Assembly (NCBI GenBank): GCA_964594235.1
Contig: CAZQMF010000001.1
Location: 22,509-86,508 of the forward strand
Reading direction: 5' to 3'
DNA from: an uncultured Acidimicrobiia bacterium
Lineage (GTDB): Bacteria > Actinomycetota > Acidimicrobiia > Spongiisociales > UBA4744
Length of the DNA: 64,000 nucleotides
A program made the position numbers and the translations under genes. The notes under the pieces were generated by a model that was given only the letters and a program-made list of their open reading frames with translations, did not search any database and was not told the origin of the DNA. Position 1 is the stretch's first letter; each line of letters begins with the position of its first letter. Shown piece after piece: positions 45,101 to 57,239 of the stretch.

Positions 45101-45901
45101 GTGAGACTGGCACTGGTTGTGCACGAGGATCGCCCGCAAGCGGGTGTCGTCGCGGAACGCCTTCGAGAAGGGTGCCGCATTCGTGGGATCGAGATCGTTG
45201 GGGCGGACGATGACATTGATGCTGTGGTCGGTGTCGGAGGAGACGGAACGGTGCTGTGGGCGGGTCGCATCGCCCTCCAAGCCGGAGCGGCTCTGCTCGG
45301 CATCAACGTTGGTCGCAAGGGCTTTCTCGCGGACGTCGAGCCTGCCCAGCTCGACCGGGCGCTCGACGTGTTGGCGTCCGGCACCTGGCAGGAGTCGTCG
45401 AGGATGACCATTCAGGCGAGCATGAACGGCTCGTCCGGAGTCGAGGGGATCAACGACGTCGTCGTCGAAAAAACCGAGGGGCACTCGATCATCTCCATTG
45501 AGGTGATGGTCGACGGGGAGCGCTTCATCGACTACCACGCCGATGGTCTCGTGTTCGCGACTCCGAGCGGTTCCACCGCATACAGTCTGTCGGCGGGCGG
45601 CCCGCTTGTCGCTCCCGAGGTCGAGACACTCATCATCTCACCCTTGGCGCCACACTCACTCTTCTCCAAGAGTCTGCTCCTACATCCGGATTCGAAGCTC
45701 CGCTGTACGCTGGTTGCGGATCGGCCGGCGACCGTCAGCGTGGACGGACGCTCGCTCGGAACCGCAGGCCGTGGCGACCAGATCTCGATCGAACGTGGAA
45801 CGAACCGGGCGCGCTTCATCGAGGTTTCCGGAACCTCGTTTCCGACGAGGGTCAAAGAGAAGTTTCACCTCAACGAGGACCGAAGGTCGGTGGGTGGCTG
45901 A
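45101..45901 (+). CDS. nadK: NAD kinase
   Basis: GGDGT motif and TPSGSTAYSLSAGGP block. Confidence 0.9.
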   Translation: MRLALVVHEDRPQAGVVAERLREGCRIRGIEIVGADDDIDAVVGVGGDGTVLWAGRIALQAGAALLGINVGRKGFLADVEPAQLDRALDVLASGTWQESSRMTIQASMNGSSGVEGINDVVVEKTEGHSIISIEVMVDGERFIDYHADGLVFATPSGSTAYSLSAGGPLVAPEVETLIISPLAPHSLFSKSLLLHPDSKLRCTLVADRPATVSVDGRSLGTAGRGDQISIERGTNRARFIEVSGTSFPTRVKEKFHLNEDRRSVGG

Positions 45902-45903
45902 AG

Positions 45904-47490
45904 GTGCTCGATGAACTGAGGGTCATGAACCTCGGGATTCTCGAGGACGTCCGGATCGAGCCTGGAGAGGGTCTCACCGTGGTGAGCGGAGAAACCGGAG
46001 CCGGCAAGACCATGCTGCTCGGCGCGCTGAGGCTGCTGACCGGCCAGCGGGCACCGTCGGATGCGATCGGTCCACACGGCGACGAGACCCTCGTGGAGGG
46101 CCGTCTCATTGTCGATGGGACCGACATGGTGCTCACCCGCAGAATCGGTGGTCGGGGGAGCCGCGCCTACCTCGACGGGGAGATGGTGCCGAACCGCGTC
46201 CTCGACGATCGGACGGACGACCTCATCGAGATCGTTGGACAAGACGACCGCTTCCACCTGCTGAGACCCTCCGCGTTGCGTGCGCTCGTCGACAGCACCG
46301 TGAACGACGTCGCAGCGATCGAGCGCTACCGGAACGCATGGAAGGAGGTTCGCCGACTCGAGGATGATCTCCAACTGCTCGGTGGTGACAGGGAGGCCCT
46401 GGAGCGTGAACGGGACATCCTGCGCTATCAGCTCCAGGACATCACATCGGCCGGCTTCCGGCAAGGAGACGACGACATCCTCACGGGCCGGGCGGCTCGC
46501 CTTCGGAGTGCAGGGGAGCTGACCGACCGGCTCGACCATGCCCGAGGTGCTCTTGACACGGTCATCGACGCTGCCGGCGAGGTCATAGGGGAGCTCCGGA
46601 ACGTGGCGAGGGTGGACCCGACAAGCGTCCAGCTCGCTGAGGCGGCCGACACGCTCGGCGTCCTCTCCGCGGATCTCGCCCGACTCGTACGCGAGATGGC
46701 AGAGTCCATCGAACACGATCCGGCAGTGCTCGAGGAGGTCGAGCTTCGCCTCGGGCGCTTGGCCGAGCTGCGACGCAAGTACGGCACCACTCTCGAGCAG
46801 GTGCTCGCATTCGCGGAAGAGGCCGAAGACCGTCTCCAGGAACTCGAGCGATTGCTGGACCATGCGGACACCTTGGGGGCCGAACTCGATGCTGCACGAG
46901 CGGAACTCGACGCGGCTGGAGCCGTACTCGTCGAATTACGGCGCATGGCTTCGACCGCTATCGAGTCCGATGTTGCAGTGCAGCTCGCGGATCTGGGACT
47001 CGGGGATGCTCGCCTGTCCATCACTGTCGAGCCGTCTGTTCCGGGCCCCGACGGGGCGGACACAGTGAAGGTGACGTTCTCTTCTGATCCCCGCATGACC
47101 CCCGGTCCGTTGGAGCGCATCGCGTCCGGGGGAGAGCTGAGCCGGGTCGTCCTCGCTCTTCGGTTGGCGGGTCACGCCGGGGACGCGCCGATTCTCGCGT
47201 TCGACGAGATAGATGCGGGCGTCGGTGGGGAGACGGCACTCGTTCTCGGTCGCAAGCTCGCCAGGCTGGCCGAGGGACGCCAGGTGTTGTGTGTCACTCA
47301 CCTTCCTCAAGTCGCCGCATTCGCCGACCACCACCTCGTTGTGACCCGGGTGGGCACATCCGCGGTCGTGGAGCGGGTCGACGGTGAATCTCGGCTGAGG
47401 GAACTCTCGCGGATGCTCGCGGGGTTGCCCGAGTCCGTTCAGGGGCGGTTGCATGCCCAGGAGCTCCTGGCCGCGGCCGGTTCCGACTGA
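45904..47490 (+). CDS. recN: DNA repair protein RecN
   Basis: Walker A GETGAGKT, long coiled-coil middle, signature ASGGELSRVVLAL, Walker B ILAFDEIDAGVGG. Confidence 0.9.
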   Translation: MLDELRVMNLGILEDVRIEPGEGLTVVSGETGAGKTMLLGALRLLTGQRAPSDAIGPHGDETLVEGRLIVDGTDMVLTRRIGGRGSRAYLDGEMVPNRVLDDRTDDLIEIVGQDDRFHLLRPSALRALVDSTVNDVAAIERYRNAWKEVRRLEDDLQLLGGDREALERERDILRYQLQDITSAGFRQGDDDILTGRAARLRSAGELTDRLDHARGALDTVIDAAGEVIGELRNVARVDPTSVQLAEAADTLGVLSADLARLVREMAESIEHDPAVLEEVELRLGRLAELRRKYGTTLEQVLAFAEEAEDRLQELERLLDHADTLGAELDAARAELDAAGAVLVELRRMASTAIESDVAVQLADLGLGDARLSITVEPSVPGPDGADTVKVTFSSDPRMTPGPLERIASGGELSRVVLALRLAGHAGDAPILAFDEIDAGVGGETALVLGRKLARLAEGRQVLCVTHLPQVAAFADHHLVVTRVGTSAVVERVDGESRLRELSRMLAGLPESVQGRLHAQELLAAAGSD

Positions 47491-47525
47491 GATCCTCGGC
47501 GGTTCGTTCAGGGCTGCTACGATGA

Positions 47526-49704
<2,179 letters not shown>

Positions 49705-49708
<4 letters not shown>

Positions 49709-50832
49709 TCATTGGAGTCCCCAAGGAGATCAAGCCGGGTGAGCACCGTGTCGCCATCACGCCAGTCGGCGTACGCGAGCTGGTCGATCGAGGGCATCGT
49801 GTGGTCATCCAGACAGAGGCGGGAGAGGGATCGACCATCCACGACGAGGAGTACGCACTGCAGGGAGCCGAGATCCTGCCTTCGCCAGACGCCGTCTTTG
49901 AAACGGCCGACATGGTGCTCAAGGTCAAGGAGCCACAGCCGCCGGAGGTGGCCATGCTTCGGAGCGGGCAGGTGCTGTTCACCTATCTCCATCTCGCCGC
50001 CCATCCCGAGCTGACGGACTCGATGCTCCAGAGCGGGGCCATCGGCATCGCCTATGAGACGGTCGAGCTTCCCGGCGGGGCCCTTCCGCTCCTTGCGCCG
50101 ATGTCGGAAGTCGCCGGGAGGATGGGAACTCAGGCGGGTGCCTACTTCCTCGAGAAGGCACACGGGGGGAGAGGCATTCTCCTCGGTGGTGTGCCTGGTG
50201 TGATGCCGGCGAAGGTCGTGATCATCGGTGCCGGGATGGCCGGAGCCAACGCAGCCATGATGGCGGCCGGACTGGGCGCGCAAGTCGTGGTCCTCGATAC
50301 GGACGCGCGCAAACTGCAGTCGCTCGACGCCATCTACCGCGGCAGGATCCTGACGTTGTCCTCGAATCTGCTCACCATCGAAGAGCAGGTCCGGGAAGCG
50401 GACCTGGTCATAGGGGCAGTACTGCTGGCCGGCGCCTCCGCCCCGAAGCTGGTGACCGAAGCCACCGTGAAGGAGATGAAGCGAGGAGCGGTGCTGGTTG
50501 ATATCGCCATCGACCAGGGCGGGTGTTTCGAGACGAGCAGGGAGACAACGCATCAGAACCCGACCTACGTTTTGCACGACGTCGTTCACTACGCGGTCGG
50601 CAATATCCCTGGGGCGGTTCCCCACACGTCAACCTACGCACTCACCAACGCGACACTTCCCTATGCGCTGGCGCTCGCCGACAACGGAGTCGCGGGTGCA
50701 GTCGCGTTGCACCCTGAGCTGCTTCTGGGATTGAATGTGATCGGTGAACACGTGGTCCACAAGGCTGTCGCCGCAAGCCTCGGATTGGCCTACACGAACC
50801 CGACGGAGCTCCTGTCGCGGCTGCCGAAGTGA
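49705..50832 (+). CDS. ald: Alanine dehydrogenase
   Basis: [21 protein letters not shown]-terminus. NAD fold [18 protein letters not shown] overlap with the upstream gene. Confidence 0.93.
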
Positions 50833-51710
50833 CAATCGAGGAGGGGATAGAGGAGTACCTGTCGTCACTCGCCGTTGAGCGGGGACTCGCGTCGAACACG
50901 CTTGCAGCGTACCGACGTGACTTGGGTCAGTACGCAGCATTCCTCGAGGGGCGGCAGCCGACGACCGGGCTGGTCGTCGAGTACGTGGCGACACTGCATG
51001 GTTCGTCGCTTGCTCCGTCCAGCGTCGCTCGCAAGATCGCTTCGCTCCGAGGTTTCCACCGGTTTCTCGTTGGGGAGGGGTTTGCCAGGGACGACCCGAC
51101 GGCGCTCGTAGAGACACCCCGACTTCCCCGTCGCCTGCCAAAGGCCCTGAGTGTCGATGAGGTGTTCCGACTTCTCGACGGCCCAGACCGTAGGACACCA
51201 CTTGGCCGTCGCGACTGCGCGCTGCTCGAATTCATGTACGCGACCGGCGCGCGGGTTGCGGAAACCGTCGGGCTGGATCTCGAGGCGGTCGATCTGGTGG
51301 AACGGACGGCGATCGTGACCGGCAAGGGCTCCCATCAGCGGATGGTGCCAGTCGGAGCACATGCCGTCTCGGCCATCGAAGAGTACCTTCCCGACAGGAT
51401 GCAGCTGAAGGGAAGCCGTCCCGATCCAGGGGCGCTCTTTCTGAGTTCACGTGGACGGCGTTTGAGTCGACAGGGGGTCTGGCTGATCGTGAAACGTCAT
51501 GCGCGGAGAGCGGGCATCGACAAGGATCGAATCTCGCCGCACGTCCTCAGGCACTCGGCGGCGACACACATGGTCGAAGGAGGAGCAGATCTCAGAACCG
51601 TCCAGGAGATTCTTGGACACGCTAACATCTCAACGACACAGGTATACACCAAGGTGTCGCCCCAACACCTTTACGAGGTATACGTTTTGTCGCATCCGCG
51701 GAGCAGGTGA
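50829..51710 (+). CDS. xerD: Tyrosine recombinase XerD
   Basis: N-terminus YLSSLAVERGLASNTLAAYRRDL. Catalytic region HVLRHSAATHMVEGGADLRTVQEILGHANISTTQVYTKV. Confidence 0.9.
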   Translation: MTIEEGIEEYLSSLAVERGLASNTLAAYRRDLGQYAAFLEGRQPTTGLVVEYVATLHGSSLAPSSVARKIASLRGFHRFLVGEGFARDDPTALVETPRLPRRLPKALSVDEVFRLLDGPDRRTPLGRRDCALLEFMYATGARVAETVGLDLEAVDLVERTAIVTGKGSHQRMVPVGAHAVSAIEEYLPDRMQLKGSRPDPGALFLSSRGRRLSRQGVWLIVKRHARRAGIDKDRISPHVLRHSAATHMVEGGADLRTVQEILGHANISTTQVYTKVSPQHLYEVYVLSHPRSR

Positions 51711-51717
51711 GCGAACA

Positions 51718-52050
51718 ATGGACTCCATCCGTTCAGCACTCGAGTCCGAGCGCGAAGAGCTGGTTCGACAGCTCGATGAACTCGGCGCGACCGATCAGGG
51801 GAACCTGCGTTCGGACGTTCAATTCCCAGGGTCGTTCGCGGACGCCGGTGCCGCTGCGGCAGAACGAAGCGAGGTCATCGGCCTCGTCCAGAGCCTGGCT
51901 CGACGGGTCGGGATGGTGGACCGGGCCCTCGCAAAGATCGAAGAAGGCACCTATGGGGTGTGCGACCGCTGCGGGAAGCCGATCTCCAGCGCGCGCCTCG
52001 AAGCACGACCTGACTCGGTGTTGTGCCTCGAGTGCAAATCGCGCTCTTGA
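51718..52050 (+). CDS. TraR/DksA-family C4 zinc-finger protein
   Basis: 110 aa from ATG 51718. Coiled-coil N-terminus and CDRCGKPISSARLEARPDSVLCLEC. Confidence 0.8.
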   Translation: MDSIRSALESEREELVRQLDELGATDQGNLRSDVQFPGSFADAGAAAAERSEVIGLVQSLARRVGMVDRALAKIEEGTYGVCDRCGKPISSARLEARPDSVLCLECKSRS

Positions 52051-52655
52051 GCAGCCTCGGCCAGAACCTCCTGTTCATCGCGGTGTTGTTCCCGTCGGTG
52101 ATCCTGCATGAGGTTTCGCATGGGTGGGTCGCTGAACGTTTCGGCGACACGACCGCCAGGAAAGCGGGACGTATCACGCTGAATCCACTCGTGCACATCG
52201 ACCCGGTGGGTACTGTGCTGGTACCGGCCGTCCTGGCGTTCACGGGGGCACCGGTGTTCGGATGGGCCAAGCCGGTACCGGTCGTTCCGGCGCATCTTCA
52301 TAGGCCCACCCGTGACATGGCACTGGTGGGGATCGCTGGTCCGATCACGAACGTGGCACTCGCCCTGATCGCCGGCAAGGTGTTCCTCCCGTTCACGACC
52401 GGAACCGTAGAGCAAGTCATCTGGTACTTCGCGTATGTGAACGTGGTGCTCGCCGTATTCAACCTCCTTCCGGTTCCACCCCTCGACGGAAGCCGGCTCC
52501 TGCCACTTGCCTTTGGCCCCCGAGGCAGGCGCGTGTGGTCCTCGATCGAACCGTTCGGTCTGTTGATCATCTTCGCACTGTTGTGGATTCCACAGTTCTC
52601 GGTGGTTCTCTCGGTGCCGATTCGCGCGCTGGCAGCGTTCGTGGGGCTCACGTGA
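52023..52655 (+). CDS. Site-2 protease-family (M50) membrane metalloprotease
   Basis: HEVSHG (HExxH) and NLLPVPPLDGSRLL motifs. Multi-TM. Start uncertain (GTG 52023/52032 or TTG 52047). Confidence 0.8.
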   Translation: MPRVQIALLSSLGQNLLFIAVLFPSVILHEVSHGWVAERFGDTTARKAGRITLNPLVHIDPVGTVLVPAVLAFTGAPVFGWAKPVPVVPAHLHRPTRDMALVGIAGPITNVALALIAGKVFLPFTTGTVEQVIWYFAYVNVVLAVFNLLPVPPLDGSRLLPLAFGPRGRRVWSSIEPFGLLIIFALLWIPQFSVVLSVPIRALAAFVGLT

Positions 52656-53152
52656 TCGGATTGGGGGGTTGGCGGCACCTCGCGAGGAGGTTCTTCGAGG
52701 TGCTCGGAGCCCGGCCACTGACCGAGACGCAGCGGAACGAGGTCGGCTCGCTCCTACGTTCTGACGAGGAAGCTGCGCTGTTCTTCGCCCAGCCGTCCGC
52801 GGACCAACAGCACGGGCTCGCAGTTGCACGGTACGCTCCGCCACCGCTTCGCCGGGCGGCGCTGCTGCACGATGTCGGCAAGCAAGCATCGAGACTCGGT
52901 GTGTGGGGTCGGGTGCTCGCGAGTGCCGCGGCCATGCTGCACATACCTGTGCGGGGTCGGTTCGTCCGGTACCTCGAGCATGGACCCATCGGAGCCGGGA
53001 TGCTGGAGCGGGTTGGGGCAGAACATCTCGTCGTGGAGTACGCGCGCCATCACCACGCCCGGCGGCCGGCCAGTATCTCGGACGAGGACTGGATGTTGCT
53101 GATCGACGCAGATCGAAAGGCGCGTCCGAACACCGGCCTGCCAATACGATGA
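52652..53152 (+). CDS. HD-domain protein
   Basis: GTG 52652 overlaps the M50 stop (GTGA). QQHGLAV...AALLHDVGK HD signature. Confidence 0.7.
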   Translation: MIGLGGWRHLARRFFEVLGARPLTETQRNEVGSLLRSDEEAALFFAQPSADQQHGLAVARYAPPPLRRAALLHDVGKQASRLGVWGRVLASAAAMLHIPVRGRFVRYLEHGPIGAGMLERVGAEHLVVEYARHHHARRPASISDEDWMLLIDADRKARPNTGLPIR

Positions 53153-53916
53153 TGCGCGCAGTGAAGACACACGAAGTGAAGACGGCCGTATTCGAAGGTC
53201 CATTGGATCTCCTATTGCAGCTCATCACCAGTCACCAGCTGGAGATCACCGCAGTGAGCCTCGTCGACTTGGTGGACGAGTACCTGGCGGTCATCGAGGA
53301 GATCGAACGTCTCGATCTCGAGGTGACCAGCGAGTTCGTACTCATCGCATCGACACTGATCCAGTTGAAGGCCCGTCGGCTGCTTCCGACATCGGACGGC
53401 CTCGATCTCGATGAGGAGCTGGAGCTCATCGAGGAGCGCGATCGTCTCCTCGCACGTCTCCTCGCATGTGTCACCTTCAAGGACGTAGCTGCCGTCATCG
53501 CCCACAGAATGGAGCAGGCCGATCGATACGTTCCCCGCTCGGCGGGCCTCGAGTTCCCCGTACCCACCCGGCCGGATGCACTCCCACCTATCGATATGAC
53601 TCGCTTGGCCGAGCTCGCGACAGAGCTCTTCGAGTCGGCGATCGCCGAGCCGGACCTCGACCATCTCGATCTCGACCTCCCGTCGGTCGCCGACGCGATG
53701 GCCGATCTACGCAAGCGTGTCGTTGAGGAGGTCGAGACGGACTTCTCAGATCTCGTATCGCACACCGAGCGGCCGGTCGAGGTGATCGCCTACTTTCTGG
53801 CCCTGTTGGAACTCGCCCGGTGGGGGGTGGTCGAAGCCACACAGAACGGCTGGCTGGCCGAGATACAGGTCAGAGCCGCGGTCGTGGACCTGACGATCGA
53901 AAGCGAGTGGGAGTGA
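53149..53916 (+). CDS. scpA: Segregation and condensation protein A
   Basis: ATGA overlap. FEGPLDLLLQLI N-terminal block. Confidence 0.88.
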   Translation: MMRAVKTHEVKTAVFEGPLDLLLQLITSHQLEITAVSLVDLVDEYLAVIEEIERLDLEVTSEFVLIASTLIQLKARRLLPTSDGLDLDEELELIEERDRLLARLLACVTFKDVAAVIAHRMEQADRYVPRSAGLEFPVPTRPDALPPIDMTRLAELATELFESAIAEPDLDHLDLDLPSVADAMADLRKRVVEEVETDFSDLVSHTERPVEVIAYFLALLELARWGVVEATQNGWLAEIQVRAAVVDLTIESEWE

Positions 53917-54479
53917 TGGGTGACGCAGAGCTGGCACGGGTGATCGAGGCGATCCTGTTCGTCGCAGAAGAGCCTGTATCGAGAGAGGACCTCGCAGAAG
54001 TGTTGGAGATGGGGAGTGACGACGTCGACCGTGGCGTGGGCGCTCTCCGGGCATCTCTCGACGAGCGAGGCTCAGGGCTGGTCGTCCGGGAGACGGCCGG
54101 CGGGTGGCGCCTGTACACGCGACCGGAGGCCCGTCCGTATCTGGAGCGCTTTGCCTCCTCGGAATCGTCCGCACGGCTATCCGGGGCCGCGATGGAAGTG
54201 CTGTCGATCATCGCCTACCAGCAGCCCGTGTCCAAGGGACAGATCGCCGAGATCCGCGGCGTCGACTCCGCGTCCGCTGTGCGAACCCTCGAGCGTAGGG
54301 GACTCATTCAGGAGCGGGAGCGGCTCTCGACGCCCGGGAACCCCGCCCTCTACGAGACATCCCGCCTGTTTCTCGAGAAGGTTGGAGTCAACTCGCTGGC
54401 CGAGTTGCCACCCCTCGCCGACCACGTGCCTCCATCGGCGGTCGTCGAGTCGCTGGAGGAGACCTTCCGCGCCGAATGA
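53916..54479 (+). CDS. scpB: Segregation and condensation protein B
   Basis: TGATG overlap. VIEAILFVAEEPVS block and tandem winged-helix layout. Confidence 0.88.
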   Translation: MGDAELARVIEAILFVAEEPVSREDLAEVLEMGSDDVDRGVGALRASLDERGSGLVVRETAGGWRLYTRPEARPYLERFASSESSARLSGAAMEVLSIIAYQQPVSKGQIAEIRGVDSASAVRTLERRGLIQERERLSTPGNPALYETSRLFLEKVGVNSLAELPPLADHVPPSAVVESLEETFRAE

Positions 54480-55192
54480 TGGAACGCCTCCAGAAACTGA
54501 TCGCGCACTCCGGACTCACCTCCCGGCGCGGCGCCGAGGAGATGATCAGGGAGGGGAGGGTGACTGTCGATGGCGTCGCAGCCCACCTCGGGCAGAAGAT
54601 CAACCCGGAGACGGCAGCGGTCGAGGTCGATGGGGTCCCACTGCCGGTTGCACCCGGCCTCGTCTACTACCTGCTCAACAAGCCAGTCGACGTCATCAGC
54701 ACCGCAGATGATGCGCATGGGCGCCCGACCGTCGTCGATCTCGTCTCGTCCGACACTCGTGTCTATCCGGTCGGTCGTCTCGACAGCGACTCGGAAGGCC
54801 TCATCTTGTTGACCAACGACGGCACCCTGACCGAGCGTCTCACCCACCCGAGGTACGGAGTCGAGAAGACGTACCTGGTCCGCGTCGCTGGTACTGCGAC
54901 GAGCGCGCGCCTCCGCCGGCTCCGAGAAGGGGTTGAACTCGACGATGGTGTGGCCCGCCCAGTGTCGGTACGCGTCGTGGACCGGCTCGATACGGAGGCT
55001 CTGATCGAGATCGTCATGGGCGAGGGTCGAAAACGGGAAGTGCGACGGATGTGCGAGGCGGTTGGCCTGCCCGTCATGCGGCTCATGCGCACCGCGATCG
55101 GCCCGCTGGCCGACCACGATCTTCGCCCTGGTGACAGCCGGAAGCTCAGAGTGGAAGAGGTGCGAAGCCTCTACGCTGCGGCTGGACGATGA
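54476..55192 (+). CDS. rluB: Pseudouridine synthase (RsuA/RluB family)
   Basis: S4 domain RLQKLIAHSGLTSRRGAEEMIREGRVTVDG. Catalytic GRLDSDSEGLILLTNDG. Confidence 0.88.
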   Translation: MMERLQKLIAHSGLTSRRGAEEMIREGRVTVDGVAAHLGQKINPETAAVEVDGVPLPVAPGLVYYLLNKPVDVISTADDAHGRPTVVDLVSSDTRVYPVGRLDSDSEGLILLTNDGTLTERLTHPRYGVEKTYLVRVAGTATSARLRRLREGVELDDGVARPVSVRVVDRLDTEALIEIVMGEGRKREVRRMCEAVGLPVMRLMRTAIGPLADHDLRPGDSRKLRVEEVRSLYAAAGR

Positions 55193-57102
55193 CGCGCCGC
55201 ATCACACCTCACAGGGCCGAGGGCACCGTCAACGTGCCGGGATCTCGCAGTGTCACTAATCGGGCACTCGTCATCGCCTCCCTGGCGAGAGGCATGAGCC
55301 GTCTTCGACGGGTCGCCGTGTGCGACGACTCCCATGCGATGATCGACGGACTTCGGGCACTGGGCATCGACATCCGAGCTGAGGAAGCCGATCTGATCAT
55401 CGACTCGGCCAACGGACTCGATGGCACAGGCGCACGGATCTGGGCCGGCGCGTCAGGGACAACGGCGCGATTCTTGACGGCCGTCGCGGCATTGTGCCGC
55501 ACCGACGTGCACATCGACGGGGAAGAACGACTCAGGAACCGGCCCCTCGCGCCTCTGATCCACGCCCTGCGGGCGATGGGCGCCCTCGTCGATAGGGACG
55601 CTCTCCCGATCGTGATCGACGGGAGCGCATTGGCCGGAGGGACGGTGTCTGTCGATGCCTCGTCGTCCAGCCAATTCGTGTCGGCCATCGCCATGATCGC
55701 CCCGGCACTGGACGAGGGATTGTCGGTTTCCTGGAGTCGCCTGGCATCCAAGCCGTTTGTCGAGGCCACCGTCCAGGTCATGGGAGTATTCGGGGTGGCT
55801 TCATCCCTGGAACCCGGATCGCTCGAGGTGAGCACTGGGCAGGGCTACGCGCCGAGAGATTTCTCGGTGCCCCCGGATGTCGCGCTGGCCGTATACCCGG
55901 CCCTCGCTGCCGCAGTCACCGGAGGCAGCGTGACGATTCGAGGCGTTGTTCGTGACCGACTTCAGCCCGATCTGATGGTTTTCGACGTTCTCGAGCGGAT
56001 GGGGTGCACGGTCGATTGGCGACCAGAGGGTGTCTCGATTCAGGGTCCCACCGAGCTGACGGCCGTCGACGCGGAGATGGGTGATGCACCGGATGGAGCG
56101 TTGGTCGTGGCAGTGGCTGCGGGTTTCGCAGTAGGTACGTCCCGGATCTCGGGGCTGAGCACACTGGCCTTCAAGGAGAGTGACCGGTTCGCGGGCATCG
56201 TGACCGGCCTGCGGACCCTTGGTGCGCGGGTTGACCGAAGGGACGATGCCGTGGTCGTCACGAGCAGGATCCGGCATGGGGGTGTGGTCGACGCGCACGA
56301 CGACCATCGCATGGCCATGGTGTTCTCTGTCGCAGGGCTGGCGCAGGAAGGTACAACCGTGACGGGAGATGAAAGCGTTACCAAAACCTGGCCGGGTTTC
56401 TATCGGGATATGGCGGTCCTCGTTGGGGGCGACTGGGCAGTCGAGGCGACATGGCCGACGGCTAGGGTTCCGGACGCCATGGATGTGATAGCGATCGACG
56501 GGCCCGGGGGGGCCGGGAAGACGACGGTCGCCGAGGCCCTCGCGACGGCCCTCGGTGTCGCGCATCTCGACACGGGGGCGTTCTACCGTGCGATCACCCT
56601 CGACGCATTGCGGCACGGTGCCCAAGGAGAGGCACTCGAAGATCTGGCCCGTGTGATCGACGTACGCTATGAGGGCGGCAACGTCTCCATAGCTTCGGAG
56701 GACGTTTCGGGCGAAATCAGAAGCGACGATGTCAACCGCTACGTGTCTGAAGTGAGCGCGAACCCGTCGGTCCGCAGAGAGATGGTGCGACGCCAGCAGG
56801 AGTGGGTCGCCGCCCATGGTGGCAGGGCGGTGGTCGAGGGGCGTGACATCGGCACGGTCGTTTTTCCGAACGCCCAGTTGAAAGTGTTCCTCGTTGCACG
56901 ACCCGAGGTGCGCGCGTACCGGCGCGCAGCTGAGATGCAACACACAGGAGTCGACTCGGTCCAGCAGGCTCTGATACGGCGCGACGAGCTCGACTCATCC
57001 CGGGAAGTGTCACCGCTCACCCCGGCGGAAGACGCAGTTGTGATCGACACATCCGATCTCACCGTCGAGCAGGTCGTTGCGAAGATCGTCGCAATGTTGT
57101 AG
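55189..57102 (+). CDS. Fusion protein: 3-phosphoshikimate 1-carboxyvinyltransferase (AroA) + cytidylate kinase (Cmk)
   Basis: Residues 1-~415 carry EPSPS blocks (GASGTTARFL, LRNRPLAPL, SSSQFVSAIAM, FKESDRF, HDDHRMAM). Residues 431-637 begin MDVIAIDGPGGAGKTT (Cmk P-loop). One uninterrupted frame. Confidence 0.88.
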   Translation: MTRRITPHRAEGTVNVPGSRSVTNRALVIASLARGMSRLRRVAVCDDSHAMIDGLRALGIDIRAEEADLIIDSANGLDGTGARIWAGASGTTARFLTAVAALCRTDVHIDGEERLRNRPLAPLIHALRAMGALVDRDALPIVIDGSALAGGTVSVDASSSSQFVSAIAMIAPALDEGLSVSWSRLASKPFVEATVQVMGVFGVASSLEPGSLEVSTGQGYAPRDFSVPPDVALAVYPALAAAVTGGSVTIRGVVRDRLQPDLMVFDVLERMGCTVDWRPEGVSIQGPTELTAVDAEMGDAPDGALVVAVAAGFAVGTSRISGLSTLAFKESDRFAGIVTGLRTLGARVDRRDDAVVVTSRIRHGGVVDAHDDHRMAMVFSVAGLAQEGTTVTGDESVTKTWPGFYRDMAVLVGGDWAVEATWPTARVPDAMDVIAIDGPGGAGKTTVAEALATALGVAHLDTGAFYRAITLDALRHGAQGEALEDLARVIDVRYEGGNVSIASEDVSGEIRSDDVNRYVSEVSANPSVRREMVRRQQEWVAAHGGRAVVEGRDIGTVVFPNAQLKVFLVARPEVRAYRRAAEMQHTGVDSVQQALIRRDELDSSREVSPLTPAEDAVVIDTSDLTVEQVVAKIVAML

Positions 57103-57239
57103 CGGTGCGTGCGACACACCGCGTGGAGCGCTTCGCTTGCCGCTTGGCTATCGGTTGGACAGTCGCCCCGCGATCTCGAGCCGCTTGGGGTCGTGTGCTG
57201 GGGACTGGGGACTGTTGGCTGTCCGCCGTTGGGTGCGGC

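Noticed and set aside
45780-45910. Search for a LexA box (TCGAAC-N4-GTTCGA) or a PafBC/RecA-NDp motif (TGTCRGTG-N8-TAnnnT) upstream of recN
   Set aside because: No acceptable match was seen by eye. recN starts 2 nt after nadK and is probably co-transcribed. A computational motif scan would be needed to be sure.
57187-57233. Tandem CTGGGGA-CTGGGGA and four G-runs (possible G-quadruplex) between the cmk and ispH gene ends
   Set aside because: There are only two repeat units, and the last G4 loop would be about 20 nt. G-runs are expected by chance at this GC content. It is probably just terminator-region sequence.
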